Of a stretch of DNA of 64,000 nt, positions 1 through 12,542 are shown piece by piece (within the stretch, counting starts at the first letter, position 1; the number at the start of each line of letters is the position of its first letter). A program made the translations under genes and the position numbers. This DNA is from an uncultured virus (IMG/VR IMGVR_UViG_3300046170_000536). Its lineage: Duplodnaviria; Heunggongvirae; Uroviricota; Caudoviricetes. The notes beneath the pieces are model-generated. The model saw only the letters and a list, made by a program, of their open reading frames with translations, did not search any database and was not told where the DNA came from. The stretch is taken from the IMG/VR virus record IMGVR_UViG_3300046170_000536. One strand, written 5' to 3'.

Positions 1-22
1 GGCATTCCAATTCGTCAGGCCC

Positions 23-505
23 ATGCTGAAGTTGCTTTCTTACACCGACTGCTACCTGGCCCAAAAGGACAGGAATGATATCAAAAAACTGATTGTCGAA
101 GCGTTCCAACACAAAGTTTACAGGGATTTCGATCGGGAGGGTCTCTCCCTGGAGAAGAACGTGAAGCGATTTGCCGAGAACAGAATGCTCCTGACGCAAA
201 TCAACAACAATATGCTCATGAAGAACATGAAGATCGCCAACGCTGTGCAGACCTCGTTCGACAAGGTGTTCCAGATCAGCGCACTGCGCGAGGACGCCTT
301 GTCCTCGAGCTACAGATCTGTCATGGAAGAGGACTACATGGCCAGGTTCGATTCGGGGTTTATCGAGTACAGCGGCTACGGCAAGGATGGCAACCCGCTC
401 AACACCTTCGTCTACATGTCTCATATGAATGTAGTCATCACATTGTGCAGGTTTATCAACCAGACCGACGGATTCAGGATGTATGTCAAGGTGTTCCGAT
501 GCTGA
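23..505 (+). CDS. hypothetical protein (may extend 5' beyond the window)
   Basis: 160-aa ORF with protein-like composition; no motif recognised. Confidence 0.55.
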   Translation: MLKLLSYTDCYLAQKDRNDIKKLIVEAFQHKVYRDFDREGLSLEKNVKRFAENRMLLTQINNNMLMKNMKIANAVQTSFDKVFQISALREDALSSSYRSVMEEDYMARFDSGFIEYSGYGKDGNPLNTFVYMSHMNVVITLCRFINQTDGFRMYVKVFRC

Positions 506-590
506 AGTAAATGCCACCAATAAGATCTACATGGCGTGTCACAACAACTACTCCAGTACGCTTCGCGACTTTTATTCGCAACGTAAGCGT

Positions 591-1317
591 ATGGTGAACA
601 CGAAGCGCCCCAATAAGAAGAGCAACACTCCCGATAAGACGAGCAAAAAACGTACAATGTGGGAAAGAACGATGCAGTTTTTCTCTGAATCCTTGAGGTC
701 GGCGACGAGTTTCAGTGTGGTGTCGTTTTTGATGAGCCCGAGCTGGGGGAAAGCCGCCATAGCAGCGGGGGGCGTCGCCATGATAGGCGTCGAACTCGTT
801 CAGAAGTACTTCACAACAAAAGACATCCAAGGTGCGATCAAGGCAGCAGCTTCTGTGGCCGCTGCGTCGATTGACGACCCCCCTTTACGTGTTTAGAAAC
901 ATACCCGACAAATTTCAAGACACTTCCGATGAAGAAGTGATGCAGAAAAAGGACCTGGAACGCTCCAGATTCGAAGGCTTCGAGCTGTCCTCGGAGTCGA
1001 AGAACAACGTGAGGAAACTCCAAGAGGAGCTGTTAGGCGTGTATACCAACCGGTTGCGTCCCGATATATTCATCAAGAAGGGCGACAAGGTTTCAACAAT
1101 TAAAGAAGAGGTAGGTGATTTCTTGAATGGCATATGCTACGTGAGCGGCTGGCACGTGCCGGTGATCATCTGTAACAGTGAGGTGAAAGGACTGGAAGAA
1201 GAAATGACCAAGTTCCAGAATGATTACATCATGTACCTGCCCGATCAAAAATCCACAAAATCAAACGTTCGCCCAATAATTGGTAACGCTGTAAGCGGTG
1301 CGGCGTCTGGTCCTTGA
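591..1317 (+). CDS. hypothetical membrane protein, split by one frameshift in a C-run near 880
   Basis: ORF 483..896 read from MVNTKR (hydrophobic AAIAAGGVAMIGV) joins ORF 832..1317 as IDDPLYVFRN if one C is removed from gacgacccccc. Confidence 0.5.
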
Positions 1318-4300
1318 GTTGGAGGTGACGTTGGTGGAAGCGCCGGCGGTGAGACGGCACACCAGGGTGTTGGTGCCAGTCTTGTATATGTCGAATCTCG
1401 GCACGGGTGTCTCTCCCTGACTGTAGTAGACGTAGAACGGGTTTGGGAGGAATGTGTCTGCATTCGCCCACTTGATTTTCATGAAGCGGTGCGTGCCCGA
1501 CATAAGCTCGATGTCATGGCTCCCATAGGCAAAGGGGTCATCGCCAGAGTTTCTCACCCAGTCGCTCGCGTCAGATGGGTTCAAACTGTAGCCGGGAAAT
1601 GTTGTTTTGTTCATCATGTAAGCGCTCCAGCCACCGTCACCAAACCGATGGATCTTACACCCATCGGTCGCCGACACATGTTCCACATCCATGTACTCCG
1701 TAGGAGTTCTCTTCCTCCCGGCATTGGACACGTTGAAGGACAGGTCCGTGTTTGGCATGCCGGTCTTGCTCATGCGGACGTAGTATGTCCTGGTCTGGAT
1801 GGGCGTCTGCGTCTCGCTGAACGTGGTGTCGATGCTCGCGGCATTCGCAGCCTGGGTCTTGAGCAGCCCAGTCTGGTTGGAGTTCCTAAACACCTCGAAG
1901 GTGGGCGTGGGGCTGTCTGTGTAGTTGCTGACGTCCCTGAAGCGCACGTTCACCGTGGACGTGTTGTTGCTGCTGTTGTAAGAGGCGGTCCCCGACACCG
2001 TGAAGGACAAGGCCGGGCCCCGCGTACGCGTCAGCGCTCGACTGCGCGCCCTGGTTGCCCGACAGGTCGAAGGGTACCACCTGCACGGAGTATGAACCAG
2101 TACCGGTGACGGTCTGGAACTCGTAGCTCGTGCCGGTGTAGGACTCCTGGCTTTCGGTAACGGTGACTCCGTCGGGGTCCACCAGCCTGAGAGTGACGTT
2201 GTCGGTGTAGGAATCAGGCGTCCATGTGGCGGTGAAGATGGTGTTGTTGGTGTCTGCGTTGTATTCCCTGGATACAGCGAGGTCCGTGACAGAAAAGGGG
2301 GTGGCGTAAGCTGTGGGCACAAGACTCACAAGGGGGGTGTTACCGCTCTGGTTGCCGACCGCGTCCACGCTCGACACTGCCAGGTAGTACTGCTGCCCCG
2401 CGTTGAGGCCGGAGGCGTAGTAGGCGTTGTCTGTAACCCCCGGAGTGCTCTGGAGCACAGTGGTCTCGTCAGAATCGTAGACATTGACCACGTAAGAGGC
2501 GGCCTCCGTATCAGGAGTCCATGTCAATCTTGCCTGGGGGGATGTCCCAGCAGTAGGGCCAGGGACGATGGCCGCGAGGTTGAATTGCGACAGCACCGGG
2601 CTCGACTCTGCGCCGTAAGCCCCCTGGGAAACCCAGAGTTTGGTCATGGCCGCGTTGAGCCTGAGCTCCGTGGCGGCCACCGGTCGGGGCAGCGAGATCC
2701 GGTCGTAGCCCGCAAGAGTGGCCGTGGACACGTCATAGGGAGTGGACATATCGAAGACGCACAGGCGGTGTGCATTTTGGTACAGGATTGTGAAGAGCTT
2801 GGTGCCACCCGGGGACACCCAGATGTTGTAAAGATCCTGAGGGGTGTGGTTCTCGTTGACCACCCCATCAATGGTGTCTTGGAGGTTTGTGGACGTTTCC
2901 TGGTGAGTGAAGGTTTGGTCGCCGTCGTACAGGTAGTGGATGATCTCGCCCGAGTGCGCCGCGAGGTAGACGTGCTCGAGGTTGCTGGAGTCCTTCACGT
3001 AGGCCAGCCCGTGACCGTTGTAGGACGTGCTGTTGGTAATCTCCGTGATCTGGCGGTTGGCCCGGAGGTTGAGCGTCTTGGTGCTCAGAGCGGTGCCCTG
3101 GTATACCCCCATCATCTGTGTGGCTGTCAGAGCATGACCATAGAACCGGAGGTCTGATAGGTAGAAGGGAGGGTCGGTCATATGGGAGAAGTAGCGCCCG
3201 CCGATATTCACATAACGGTCAAGCCTGTTCGGATGTGACAGAGCGTTGAGCGGAATTCCCAAGTTGGACGTCCCGCCGATGGCGGTATCAGGAGGAACGT
3301 ACACGCCGTCGACATAGCATGCCGCCGTTCCGGAGTCTAAGGTGAAGGCGATCTGGTACCAGGTGTTCAGGGAGAGGTCGATGTCAGCATAGTAGAATTT
3401 GTAGACTCCTGCAGTGGTGTACTGCCATAGGTTGGGGCGGAGCTTGTCATGATGCAGGTAGATTTGAAACTCCCATGTGTGTGATCCGTACATGCTCACG
3501 ACCGACAGGGTGCGCTCCCTGGAAGTCAGACGGACGTACGCTGCCACTGTGTATGGGCCCTGAATGAAGTTGTAGGTACCCGTCCAGATGTTCTGAGTCG
3601 TGGTGTTGGACATCAGCTCCTTTACCCTGGTGCCGGAGGAGAGCGGGTCGTCGCCGACAATGTACACGTTGCGCTCTGACTGGTTGTCCTGGAACTCCAG
3701 ACCGGTGCGGCCGTCGAGGGTGACAAACTGAGCGCGGTCATTGGTCACAAGGTAGTGGTTCCAGGTGCGTGTGGGTTTGTGTTCAATGCTTTGGCTCCCC
3801 GTGGAGTCCAGAAGCTTGTACCTCTCCCGGAGAGCAGCCATGTCGGTGACACCGGCGGAAACCAGGGTGGAGGTGGTGAAGTCGACGTAGGCCTCCGGGA
3901 TGGTGGGCAAGGTGTCCGAGGAGAGGTCCCACCGGATGAGGGGTATGATGGACGCCGACGAGTCAAAGTCGAACACCCGGAGGTACTGGTTGATGTTTCC
4001 TGAGGTGTTCCTGGCTGTGAAGATGAACTTGGAAACGTCCGAGTTGCCGACGACCGCATAATGATTCATGGCTCCCAGGTCAATCTCCATGATTGGCAAT
4101 CTTCCTACGTCTCTGACGCTCGTCAGGTTGGTTCCGTCGTGCAACAGGCCGAGCTTCCCGCTCGTGTCCTCCATGGCGATGGTCGGCTGGGCCCATGACG
4201 TGCCCGAGGAGATCTCGTTGGCCGGCATAAGCTCGCGGTAGTCGTACGGGGACTCCAGCGCGTCGAAGAGCTTGACGGTGCCGGCGGTGTCCGTGACAAA

Positions 4301-7300
4301 GGCGAAACCTCCGGAGCTCACCCAGGACACGCCGGCGATGTTACCTGAGAGCCCCAGGGCGCTGGTGGCTGATGTCACCGTGTAACTCGGAGAGGAGATG
4401 TCCCACGATGCTTCGGTCAGGCTGTAGCGGCTGCCGAGGCTGTACGCACGGAGAGTGTCCGTGGTGGACTCATAAATGCCCAAAGTCATCCCTCCAGAGA
4501 AGAATTGGGCAAAGGTGATCCTGGGGTTCCCACTCGCGCCTGCCCTCTCGGTGGTCCATGCTCCACCGTTCAGGATGAATGCGGAGGCGGCGGTATATTT
4601 GGTCACCTCGGACTGGTCTCCAAGCAGAAAGAAGACCTTGCCATACTCTGTCTGTGTCGAGTCCTCGACCGCGCCGGCGACGCACCGGGAGAAGTTGGTC
4701 CGGGTGATGCTGGAGGAGTCCGTGGCCGTCCCGGCGGTGCTCGCGTCCCAGGCGGTGGATAACTGCACCATGGTGAGCTTCTCACTCTGAACCTCCAGAG
4801 GCCATGCCTGGAAGTTGCTGCCCTTGTTTTCAGGATTATAAGTCAAAATCTGTGTAAACGTCAGGTTCCTTGGGTCGGAGTTGGCGTCTCCTCCTTCGGC
4901 CTTGGAAACCACGGCGTTGTTGGGGGTGCGGTTTGAGTAGCCCGCCGCTGACACAGTCGCGAACCTATGTGAGGCCACAAGGGCGGAGTGGGAGAAGCCG
5001 ACGTAGATGGGCTGGTTATACGCGTTACCCGAAGCAGGCGCATTGGTCATCTTGATGATGGTGCCGTCGTTGACAATGATGCTTGTGTAGGCATTGGAAC
5101 TGTATGGAATGTTGGCATCTTTTATCCACAGGACGGCTGAGCCATCCGTGGGGATAAGCTGGTTCCCGTCAGCGTCTCTCATCTCCAACCCACCTCCGAA
5201 CCACTCCTCCGAGTTTGCAAGGCCATTCGTTGGCCTGATGGAGTACCACGCGAAGCTTGCCTGCCCCCCGGCTGCGACCACCTTCCCCACAGCCTTGGTG
5301 CCCGTGACGTCCACCGCCACTGGCCCCGAGGCAGCAAAGGCGGCCGTGGAGTAGGAGGCGTCGTAGTTCACCAGGGAGGCTCCGTCCAACAGGAATGAGC
5401 TCCCGGACTTCCCCTGGACCGTGGTGATGTCGCTGGCCGTGCCCAGGTTGAAGAAGTCTACCGACTGTCGGTCTGTGCCAAGGGTATACAACTCCGTCTG
5501 TTCAAGGTTAAAGTCGAAGCCCTCGGTGTACTCCACCGCATTCTGGTCGGTCGTCCTGGACGAAGCGACCACGGAGTCGTGGCCCGCGTTGGACAGGTCC
5601 AAGCGGATGACGTTGTTGGTCGTACCCTGTTGCTCGCATACCATGATGAGACTCTCGTCCTCCTTCAAGTGGATGCCGGTGTAGTTCGCCTCGGTGGCAT
5701 CGGCTAAGTAGATGACACCCTCGACCTCACTGATCGTTCTTGGATCGTACGGAGTGCTCATGCCCAGGACCACCACCCGCTTGTCCGAGTTGTAGACCGT
5801 CACATAAGCCCTGGTGCCGGTCTTATTGACGGCCACGCCCTGAATGATGTGTGGTTTCTCATAGCTCGTCCCAAGGGCCGTGTTGGTGACTGCTACAAGG
5901 TCCCCGGAGGTCCCAAGCAGGGTGCTGCTCGCAAAGCTCGACTGGTTCACCTGGTAGGCCGAGAGTGCCCCGGATTCACCGGAGAGCACGTACAGGTATT
6001 CCGTTTCATCGGTTCCAAGTATGCACGACCCGCCGTAGCCTGCGTAGGCACCCAGTGCGGACAGATCCAATGTCTCGGTATCTCCCTTCGTCCCCGAGTC
6101 CCACTGCGTGCTCAGTGCATATCTCACCACCCTGCCACTGGTGCCGTCGCTGACGTGGTGACCGAACACGTACAGGTAGTATCCCGTCGGATCGAACGCC
6201 ACATCCCTGGGGAATTGGATCTGGGTCGATGAGGCCCAGCTGGTGTTGTTTGACCCGGTGGAGAAGTTGAAGCCTTGGCTCAATGTGTACTCCATCACAA
6301 GGTCGTTCGTGACTGACACGGAAGCAGCCTTGGTTCCGTCGGGAGAAAAGGTGATTCCATGAGGGTAGTAGCCTCCGCCGATGTCTGACTGCGAGGCTTG
6401 CGTGTAGTTCCTGAGAGTAGTGGAGAGGCTCACGCCGGAGGGTACCGGGGGAGGTGTCCGGTCGTCCATGAATATATTCTCCGGATCTGTAGCGTTTGAC
6501 ACGTTACCAGACCCGTCGACGCTCATGACGACCACCTTGTACGAGTCGCCCTCGGACAGACCCGTGAAAGTGGTGGTTGTACCGGTGATCCCAGTCGTCT
6601 CCTGGAGCACATTCGTCCCCGCGTTGCTCAGGGTGTACATGTCCGTAGAGGAGAGCGCCGACCCATATGCCGCCAGGTCGTCGATGTACCCGTCTGCGTT
6701 GCTCGCAGGATTCCCCAGGACGTGGAACCCAGTCCACCTGGTGCCGGACCCGATGTCACTGGTGCTGTACCACTTGAAATACAGCTGGGTGATGGCGGTG
6801 ATAGGCGTCTTGAGCGGGATCATGTACCACTTGGCGTAGGTCGCCGAGTAGTTGTTTGGCTTACGAAGTCCAGAATACGAAAACGTGTCCTCGTAGTCGG
6901 TGGAGGACCGGCCCACCCGGATCTTCTGCTGGTCCACCTTGGTCCACATCTTGATGTACAGGCCATGCACAGTCACCGGCTCGGAGAAGTTGACGTACAC
7001 GTAAGGCTGTGTGCTCCCATTGACGCTGTCCCAGACCATGGTTGTCGTGGTGCCTGCGAGCATGCCGTCGAGCTCATCCGCCTTCGACTGGGCGAGACCC
7101 ACGGATCCGTTGATGTCGTACACCTCGGTGGATGTGACCAGATCGTTGAGGGACTCCATAGGCCCCAGCACGGGCATGCAAGACCCCGAGAGGAGACCCT
7201 GGGCACGACCCGCCCGGTGGAAGCCCCAGTCCTCCCAGCGGCTGTCCTGTGTGAGGGTGACCGCCGATCCGTTCAGGTAGACCGTGGGCACCACCGTCGC

Positions 7301-10300
7301 GCTGTTGGCGACCAGACCCACGTGGATCCACGTCTGGTGGTACTCCGCGCTGGTGAGTTCGTACGACTGGTACAGGGAGTAGTCGTGGTATTCCTCCTTG
7401 GAATCAGGGTTGTTGCCCTGAGCCCGCTGCCCGGGGTCCTTCGCGCCTGGAGCACAGCGCGAGCTTGAAGGTGGTGGCGCTGGTCTCCTTCGCATACAGA
7501 GCCAGACCGTCTGTCGAACCAAACCCTGACGTGCACATGATTCCCATGGTTCCCGGAACCGTCCAAAGTCAGGTAGTGCCAAGCCGAGTATGAGAACGGG
7601 CTTGTGGGGGGCCACCAGCTCCATGGCGGTGGACGACTGATACTCATGAATGTAATCAGTTGAGGCGTCAATCAGGAAACATGTGCTTCTGGTCCCACGA
7701 CATGCTGATCGACCCTGACGTTGTAGCTGACGTCGAAGGTGCGGCCGGTGGGGTAGCACGTCGAGATGTCGAAGGGCGAGCTCAGGCTGAACTCGACCAC
7801 CCCGGTCCCCGAGTAGGGAGCTGCGAAGATCCTGGTACCCGTTGTGTCGATGTCAATCGCGCGGAAGGCCATGGAGACCCCCGTGCTGCTGCTGGTGACG
7901 CTGCTGTGGACGCTCAGGGCGCCCTCGTTGCTCCCGTTGTATCCAAAGATCTGGTGGACATCGTACACCCCCAGGAGGTCGTCGCTCCCTGAAAAGAGGA
8001 GGAACTCCTTGTCCAGATTTGTGAAGTACCTGATCGTGTACACGTCTCGGTCTGTCGTCATGTAGAAGGCGTACTGCAACAAAGGGGAGAAGGTCAAGTC
8101 GTTGTCGTGCTGAAAGTTCTGGCACCAGATCTTCCTGTCCGTGCCGGTGGACGCCCATGTGCGGTACCCGTCGTGTGAGTGGGTGAACGAGGTCATGCCG
8201 GTCTTCCCCTGGTAGGTGTTGGCCACCGCGGCGTTGAAGTGGGACAGACCGTGCCCGTGGTCCAGGGTGAGGAGTTTGAGGTTTGCGAACACCTTGTAAC
8301 TACTCTCGATGCGGTTTCTGTCCATTTTGATTCTGTACATGGTGTACGCCCGGTTGTTATTGAAGCCAAGGATCTTGTACTGCTCCCCGGCTTCCACCTT
8401 GCCACTGTAGGTGGAGTTGGTGTAGGTGTACGTAGTATTGTCAATTTCAATCCATGAATTAGTGTTTGGATCCTTATAATAGAGGTGTAGTGAATGCCCG
8501 TAAATCTTCTGGTAGTCCCCAACCGTGGCCCCGAGCCTGGCTCCGTTGATCACGACTGCCTCTGGAAAGGTGAAGTAGATGTTCGCAGAGATGGTCGCGG
8601 GAAAGACGGTGCGGCTATCGTAATCCAATCTGTCATCGAACATTTGCTGGAGGAGGGTGCCGTTCCCCGGCGCCGGTCCGCAGGTGACGGTGTATCCGTG
8701 GTCGCCGTGGGAGCTCCCCGCGACGTCAATGGTTATGTTAGTGCTGCTGTTGGCGGTGATGGTTTGGGTTCCGTCCAGTGGGGGGTAGTAGGCCAGCACG
8801 GTCTCTGTGCCCGCCGGGGAATCCAGCACATGGTTCCTGAAGGAGCCGCTCGAGTCGGCCACCATTAGGTCGTAGTTGTCGCTGATGTACATGTCCTGTG
8901 CGCCGTGGGTCGAGTGGTCCCGGGTGGCCGCCGGCGTGGTGCTGGTGAAGGCGGCCAGGCCGACGGGCGCAACAGCTACCGACCCGTTGCATGAGCGCGT
9001 GCCAAACTTGTACACACCTGACAGATCATAGCGTGGTTTGAGGCCTCCAGTTGGATCAAACACTATGGTGTCATCTCCCTCAAAATCCAGATACAATTCC
9101 GCGGTGGCCCCAGAAAGCGGACCTGCTCCGTCGTACAACCTGGCCGTGTATGACGCTGGGACCTCCCCCGAAGGAGCCACCCAGTCTGCGCGTATTCTGG
9201 TGGGACCGTGATCTGGGTCAGGGAGAGTCCCGTTGATACTCCAGGAGCATCCGCGTCCTCCGAGGTCACAATGCTCACCTTGGCAGACTCCGCCCCGATG
9301 TTCCCATGTGCGTCCACGGGGGGAGATGGAGAAAAAGTAAGTCGTCGACCCGGCGAGGCCGTAAGCGGTGTAGGCGTTCCCCGTGATCCCGCTGGTCGTG
9401 GTGACGAGCGTGTCATGGTCTGGAGAGTAAATCTTGATGATATGGGTCGCGATGTCTTCGTTGGTGGTCCACTGCACCAAGATCTCGATGTGGACATTGG
9501 ACTGGGAGGAGACGCTTAGGTAGGTGATGGGTTCGGGAGCGGTGACGTCCGGGGTGGTGAAAGACACCTGGCTTGACTGGGGGCCCTGATTGGTGCCGTC
9601 GTGGCTCGCAACCGTGGCGTAGTATGTGGTCTCGCTCGTTAGGCCCGAGAAGGACACGAGGGTCCCGGTGATCCCAGTGGTCAGCCCGAGCAGAGTGGTG
9701 CCGTTGGACCCGAACAGCCGAGAAACGTAGGAGCTGGCTCCGCTGACGGCGCTCCAGGACACCTCCACAGTGGTGCCGTTGGCCAGGGCTGACGCCGTGA
9801 TAGTAGCTGGAGGGTCCAGAAGCGTAGGGATGTCCTCCGAAGCCTGGTACTCGTGAATCTTGTTGGTGCCGCTCTCGGCGAGGAACAGCTTCCGGCCCTT
9901 GCGCTTGTCCAGGTGGATGCCCGAGCACCCTGCCGTCCCAAGCTGTTGCTGTTGCACCAGGCTGATGCTGCTCAGGTCGAAGGGGGTGGTTAGCCTGTAC
10001 TCGAAGATGTGGCTCACGCCGTTGATCTCCTTGGTCGCCCACATGGAGCGCCCGTCGGGCTTCACCTGCAGGGAGTCATAGTTGTAGTCCAGGCTGGTGC
10101 TGGCCTGGATCCGGCTCTTCCCACGGCTGCCGGGGGTGACTTCGACCGTGAAAAGGGAGCCGTCGTCGCCGGTGACCATCAGGAACTCTTGTTCCCCTGC
10201 TTGTAGTAGTCCATGCCCCTTCGGGGACGTTCCCGGTGTTCTGTTCGTAGATGTCGTCGACGGAGCTCTCGTAGGTGGCCGTGCTCAGGTCAAAGGCAGA

Positions 10301-12510
10301 GGTCATGTTATAAAAGAGAATCTTGTTCGGGGAGCCGTGGGTAATCAGGTACATGACCGTGCCGTCCTCGTTGAATGTAATGGATTCGATGTTGGTCGCC
10401 ATGTTCCCGTCCGTCAGGGTGTAGCTGGACGTCTGGGTCGCCGTGCTGACATCGTATGCTACCGTCAGGCTATACTCGTACACGGCAGCGGGGGGAGGAC
10501 GTGGCGGCGTACATCGTCAGGCCGTCCTCCGAGAAGGCGGTGTCCGTGATGCTCCCGTCGTTCACAGTTGGGTCCAGGGTCGTGCCCGTGTCGCCGGCTG
10601 TCAGGGTTGCCCAGCCAGAGCGGCTGAACAGGATCTTGTCGGTCGCGTTGCCCACGAGGCCGGACGACGTCGACGCCTTGATGTCCGCCTTGTAGTCAGC
10701 CTCCGGTCTCGACGTCAGGCCTTCGACGGTGTGGGACGTTCCCGTGATGCCCGAGATGGTCTGGAGGAGCGTGTCGTCGCTCAGGTAGATGTTGATGGTA
10801 TAAGAAGCCACGTCGCTGCTCGCCGAGGCTGTCCAGACAAAGTCCACCGCGATGTTGTTCTCCTGGAAGGTGCCGGAGAAGTTGGTGGGGGGGTCCGGTG
10901 CGGTGGTGTCCGCGGTGGTGGCGAACTCCACCAGGTCAGACTGCACGGCGATGTTCCCCGCCGCGTCGATGGCGGTGACAGCCGCGTAGTAGGTGGTCTG
11001 CTGCTCGAGCCCCCCCTACCACCACCGGGCTGCCCGAGTTGCCCGTGCTCGTCTTGGCCACGTTCACCTGGTCCGACTCGTAGATGCGCACGGTGTAGAC
11101 GTCCACGTCCGCCGCGGTGGTGAAGGCCACCGACACGTCGCGCCCGTTGTCGCTGGGGGTGGGGACCACGCCGGTCACCTTCGCGGGCGCGGTCACGTCC
11201 GGCGTGACGGCCACCGCCTGGTCCGACTGCGCGCCCTCGTTGCCGGAGAGGTCGACCGCCGCCACCGTGATGCGGAAGCTCGTCTCGCTGGTGAGGCCGG
11301 TGATCAGGTAGCTGTTGCTGTTGATCCCCTGTACGTTCTGGAGCACATCCACGTTGTTGGCGGCAATCACCCGAAGGCGGTACGTGAAGCTCGTGTCCAC
11401 CTCCGTCCACGACGCCTGGACCTGGCTGCCGTTGGACTCGGGGGTCACCGTGAGGCCAACCACCTGGTCGGGGGGCGTCACGTCCGGCGTGTGCGCGGTG
11501 ACGCTCTCGGCAGCCGAGGCATTGGCCGACGTGTCCACCGCGGCGACGTCGAAGCGGTACACCCTCTGGCTGGTGAGGCCCGTCACCTGGTACGAGACGT
11601 CGGTGATGCCCGTCTGCTCCGAGACCTGGGTGGTGGTCCCCGCGGACACCGTCATACCCCCGTACAGGCTCCCCATGCCGTACCCGTGGGCCGTGCAGAA
11701 GAGGTAGGCGGTACCAACAACGCCCGGCGTCAACGTCACCTTGGCCCCTAAGCTCCCTGGCGTGCCCTCGAACGTGAGGCTGTCGTAGAGGGCCTGGGAG
11801 GCCGGGTCGGAGGAGAAACGCAGAGGGTGACCAGAGTTGCTGGTGTCTTCCTGCACAAACACGTAGACAGAGCTCGTGCTCAAGGTGGGGACCGGGTCGA
11901 ACACATACTTCATGTTCTCGTCCACCGCGACGTTCACGTGGACCAGGGTGCCTGTAAGGTGGGTGGTGACCGTGTAGCTCGCCAGGTCAGTGGAGCCGCT
12001 TGCGGTCCACGCCAGGTCCACAGTGCCTCCGTCGACGTCGGCCGAGGCGGAGAGCCCGGTGACGATGTCCGGCGCCGTCGCGTCGGGCGTCTGGAAGGTG
12101 GCACTCATGGTGGCGTCTCCATCGATGGTCCCAGACGCATCGATCGCCCTCACCCCGACGAAGTATGTCGTCTCGTTCGAGAGGGCGTAGATGACCTTGG
12201 TCGTCTCCAGAACCCCCCCCCACGTCTGAAACAGCGCGCCCGTGTCCGCCTCGTACACGAGCACCTTGTAGCTGCCCGCGCCGATCACCTCAGACCACGT
12301 TACGGTCGCCGACTGACCGTCTTGGCGAGGTGTGACGCTCACGGAGTCCGGACTGGCAGGGGGGTTCTGCTGGATATCGATCAGGGAGCCTCCCTGGGAG
12401 CTTATGGCGAAGGCCCCCCCTGCGAGCACCTTCATCTGGAGATTGTCTCCCACAAAGAACTGTCGGACGCTCACGTCACCGATGAGCCTCGACATGCGCG
12501 GATGATACAT
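1261..12510 (-). CDS. giant (~3700 aa) putative virion surface/fibre protein with FN3 repeats, cupredoxin-like module, beta-propeller repeats and LamG domains; frameshifted
   Basis: Abutting minus ORFs 10936..12510, 10470..10946, 10076..10483, 7672..10179, 1886..7759 and 1261..2322 share FN3 motifs (VTGLTS..Y.F.VAAVD.SGN), propeller repeats (LSTAWDASTA, LTTPFDLSS, MSTPYDVSTA) and LamG motifs (WYQIAFTLD..CYVDG, LSDLRFYGHALT). Confidence 0.8.
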
Positions 12511-12542
12511 TCATATTATATTTTGTCCAGTCATAGAACGTA
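12511..12542. promoter_or_regulatory. 32-bp AT-rich divergent intergenic region (probable bidirectional promoter)
   Basis: tcatattatattttgtccagtcatagaacgta lies between the head-to-head start codons of two FN3 genes. Confidence 0.4.
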
